Part shown: in pieces, positions 60,562 through 64,000 of the stretch | Numbering within the stretch: the first letter of the stretch is position 1 | Layout of the letters: each line of letters starts with the position of its first letter | Assembly: GCA_964036045.1 (NCBI GenBank) | Contig: OZ038378.1 | Coordinates: 4,650,001-4,714,000, forward strand | Length of the DNA stretch: 64,000 bases | From: Eutreptiella sp. 'Long Island Sound 2002' | Lineage: Eukaryota; Protista; Euglenida | Reading direction: 5' to 3' | The notes under the pieces: model-generated | Databases searched by the model: none | Seen by the model: only the letters and a program-made list of their open reading frames with translations | What the model was told of the DNA's origin: nothing | Program-made: the position numbers and the translations under genes

Positions 60562-62224
60562 TAAAGGTCCCCATGGTGAGAACTCGTAGTGGTTGCTCAG
60601 TATGGTGGTGGTCGGGTGCGTTTCGGCCGAGAAAGATGCCCGGCATGCACCTCGTGCGCACCCGGCGCATTAAATTCAAGGCATATTGGGATTTTTGGAT
60701 TGCCAAAATGGGCCACCACGGGATCAAAATGGGCTAAAACCAATTGTGTTGGCATTGCACCTGGTCTAGGAGCAACTTTGGGGAAAAAAATCACTTTTTT
60801 GCCCCTAATGGACCCCAGGGATGCATTAAAGCGCAGTCAAGTGGGCACCAGTATGGGGGTCTAGGCGCCCGTTTAGGCAATTCTGAGTAGTGGAAACTAC
60901 AAAAAGTGGGGTGTTGTGGATGGACTTGGTGCCCTCGGAATCTCGTTTTGAGCCACATGGTCCAATATACAGCCCATTCTTGGTTTGGGGCTGTGTGCAG
61001 CCAAACTGCACAGATTTTGGTACATGCATTGCTTTTGCCTCTGCCTTGTAGGGGCTTGAGCCATGCTGAGTAAAAACCCACCCGGATCAAGTACAGAAGC
61101 CTAGCATTGCCGAAATAAGACTTGCCCCGAAACACTGATGAGCAACAAGGAGAAATGTAGGTTGTGGTTGAACCTGTAGGGCTCTTCATCCCGCAAGATA
61201 TAAGCAACCACACCTACCACACCTCTTAAATGATTGTTGTGCGGAGAGTACAAACTGCATGCATGCCATGGGTTATGCACTTTCGTTGTTTGAATTTTTC
61301 ATGGCAAATCCCAGGGCTCCATAAAGTCGCATATGCCTACTGCAAGCAGTCTAGACACACACAAGTCCACTTTTTTTTTTGCGGTGCTGAATCAGGTTTA
61401 CTTGATGATTTGATGCTAGAAAAGGCAACACACTGCACAAATCATGGTACAAATAAGACGAAGCAACACCAGCGTCTGAAGCGTTTACCCCTTGCTTTTT
61501 TTTTTGCCCCTTGCGAACCTGCTGCTTGCTGCTTGTGTCACGTAGGTCATACTCACAGAGCAATCTTTCAACCAGGTCCTAGGCAGAACCCTCCTCCCGC
61601 TTGGTTGGGAAATACAAGCAAAAGGACTGGCATGTGGGGTGTCGGTTAGAATGGCGCATTAGGTGCTGCAGGGTAAAGGCCACGGGTAGCCACAAAGGCG
61701 AGGGGTTAAAGTTGCTGGACTGAAAGGAAAAGAATCTGGGATGAGATGCCCATCATTTTTTCACATGTTGGGGTCAGCTACTACTTTTTGTTGTCTTGGC
61801 CAAATGTGTACTGAAGCAAGAAAAAAAGGTCACACTGATTGGTGAAAGAGAGAGAGAGAGAGAGAGAGATACAGCTGCCACTAGATGCAACATCGCTGCA
61901 CATGTGGACAAGCAGCAGCTTCCTCTATGCAAAACTATTAGCCGCATGTTCTGCCTCTGACAGTGCAAATGCAAAGCTCTCCAAGTTGCATTTACCAAGG
62001 CATTGGAGCCATGGACAACCCTGATGCAAGGCCTTGTAGTGTCTGTACACCATGCCCGCTCTCACGGCATCTTTCAAGCCATGACACTATTCCGTTAGCA
62101 AATGTGGGATCAGCTGCAATAGTTCCTTCGTCAGATGATACCCCAGAACCATGTGGTTCGACTGCAGTGTGTACACTGGCCACACTGAGCTGTGTGTGTG
62201 CATTGCATTGGCACACGCACACCC

Positions 62225-62233
62225 AAGAGAGAC

Positions 62234-62272
<39 letters not shown>

Positions 62273-62285
62273 AGGAGAGAAAGAG
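62225..62285. repeat. (GA)n microsatellite; another at ~61848-61868
   Basis: Direct inspection. Confidence 0.9.
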
Positions 62286-64000
62286 ACTTGAATCATCATG
62301 TTCAACAAGGAGATGCTACTCTGGTCGGATGCTGGCCAACAGGGTCAGGCGCACCACTCACATCATGGCCGGTGGCCATCGGCCCACAGCAGTTCCAGGG
62401 CAGGGACTGTATCCAGGCCATGTGTCTGGTGTGTGATGCACAACCTAGCATTCTGCGACAAAAAATATCATCTCGACAGATCAGTCAGCTCTACAGCATG
62501 TGGGGGGGGGGGGGGCATCATTTGAGGCAGGGCAGTAGCCGTTTTAGGACCTGTTTCATTTGAGGAAGGGCACCAGTTATTAAGATCAAGGGTGCTCTTA
62601 CGCAGGGAGGGAGAGTGAAAGGTTTGGCCACGCCTCCAGCCCCCCATTTATTTGTGGAAGGGTACTAGCTCTTAGCTCCAAAACTCTGATCTGCCAGGAT
62701 TATTTGAAGGAGGCAGAGGGCAACTGCCTATTCAGGTCCAAGTCACAGGTGCAAAAAGGTGAGCAGACGGCAGGCCTGCCAGAGCCCTCAGCCCCTATCT
62801 CATTTCAAAGAGGGCAGAGGTGTTTTAACCTTAAGTTTTAATTGAGCTGCTGTAACCCGTAAAATTTTATGACCCTCTTCAAGGTGTAGGATGGAGGTAC
62901 CCTTTCTAACAGCAAGCAGCAGCAACAAACAGCAAGCAGCAAGCAGCAACAACAAGCAACAAGCACACGCGAAAGGGAAAAATCAGACCTGAGTCAGAGT
63001 GGCCCTATTTCTGCCAACTTTTTGGTGGTTTATGAAGGTGGACCACACAAAGATTGAGCAAAATACTCAAAGATGGTGGCCGTTTACGGGCCCTGCAAGT
63101 GCTGGGTTCCTGAAAATGGACGAAATATGCCGCTTTTGGCAGTTTATGGTCCAGAAAATGTATGTGGTGGCGGACTGAAACCAGCATAGACAATGAAAGA
63201 ACACTTTGTGGCACGATCAGCTGCTTGTGGACCCAATCAGCGGTCTCAATGGCCCTTTTTGCAAGTAAAAGAGGTCAAAATCAGCCCAAAAATGATTTAC
63301 AATGCCTAGTTTTGAAGGGTCACCTTCCTTTGCCCACTTTGAGTGCTGTGCATTGTGTTGAGGACAGAGAATAACCATGACTTTTTTTGTGCGAAAAGAA
63401 GGCCCTTTGAGCAACATCAACACCCTTCAATGCCCCATTCCATGGGACCATGGAATGGCGGACTGTGCACGCGCCGGGGTAGAGTTACCAAGTGACCAGG
63501 AAGGTCAAAATTTGCTCCAAAATGTTTTTTTCTAAAATTGTTCCTAAACCGCTGGGGGAGCTCAAACAACTGGTTTCAGGGTGTTTTGGGCTGTTTTTGA
63601 TGCATACCAGCCCATGCAAGGTCCCAAAAAGCCTTGAAAAATGCCAATTTGGGACCGCTAAAAGTCAAAAATGCCATCGTGCAAAGATGATCCAGACCAT
63701 TTGGGATCCTAAAACAAGCGGCTTGGGCTGTTTTCAGCTTCCTTCGTTAACATGTACTGCGCACCTACCCTTTTCAGCAGCAACGACAGCAAGCAACAAC
63801 AACCAGCAAGCAGCAAGCAAGAAAGCGTGAAATGGTGGGGGGGGATCAGAAATCTGCTGCGGTGGTCCGGATTATGCCAAATTTTTGGTGGATGATACCT
63901 ATGAGTATGAAATACAATCACACATATTTTGAGCACGAAACTCAACAATGGCGGCCAGGAACAGGTGCCATAAATGGCGGACCTTGGGTTCAAAATTTGC

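Overview
Repeat-rich eukaryotic nuclear DNA with three intron-containing genes, all on the minus strand and all modelled with GT-AG introns: a 6-exon SDR16C/17-beta-HSD-like short-chain dehydrogenase (2989-8531), a 2-exon HAE/PCxxC zinc-deaminase-domain protein (15333-17878), and an ~11-exon, ~1480-aa coiled-coil/tandem-C2 protein spanning ~32 kb (23616-55366). The rest is mostly mobile DNA: a tyrosine-recombinase retrotransposon in gag-YR-RT order (VIPER/TATE-like, RT truncated), a TA-flanked pogo-like family whose TIRs start with poly-C and of which one unit carries an RNase HI ORF, a DDE_Tnp_4 (Harbinger/ISL2EU-like) fragment, hAT-like and other MITEs, a SINE-like repeat with a TSD, and a decayed GNAT ORF. 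A euglenozoan (euglenid/diplonemid-like) source is an inference only. No rRNA, tRNA or CRISPR array could be supported. All gene models come from manual reading and have no RNA support.
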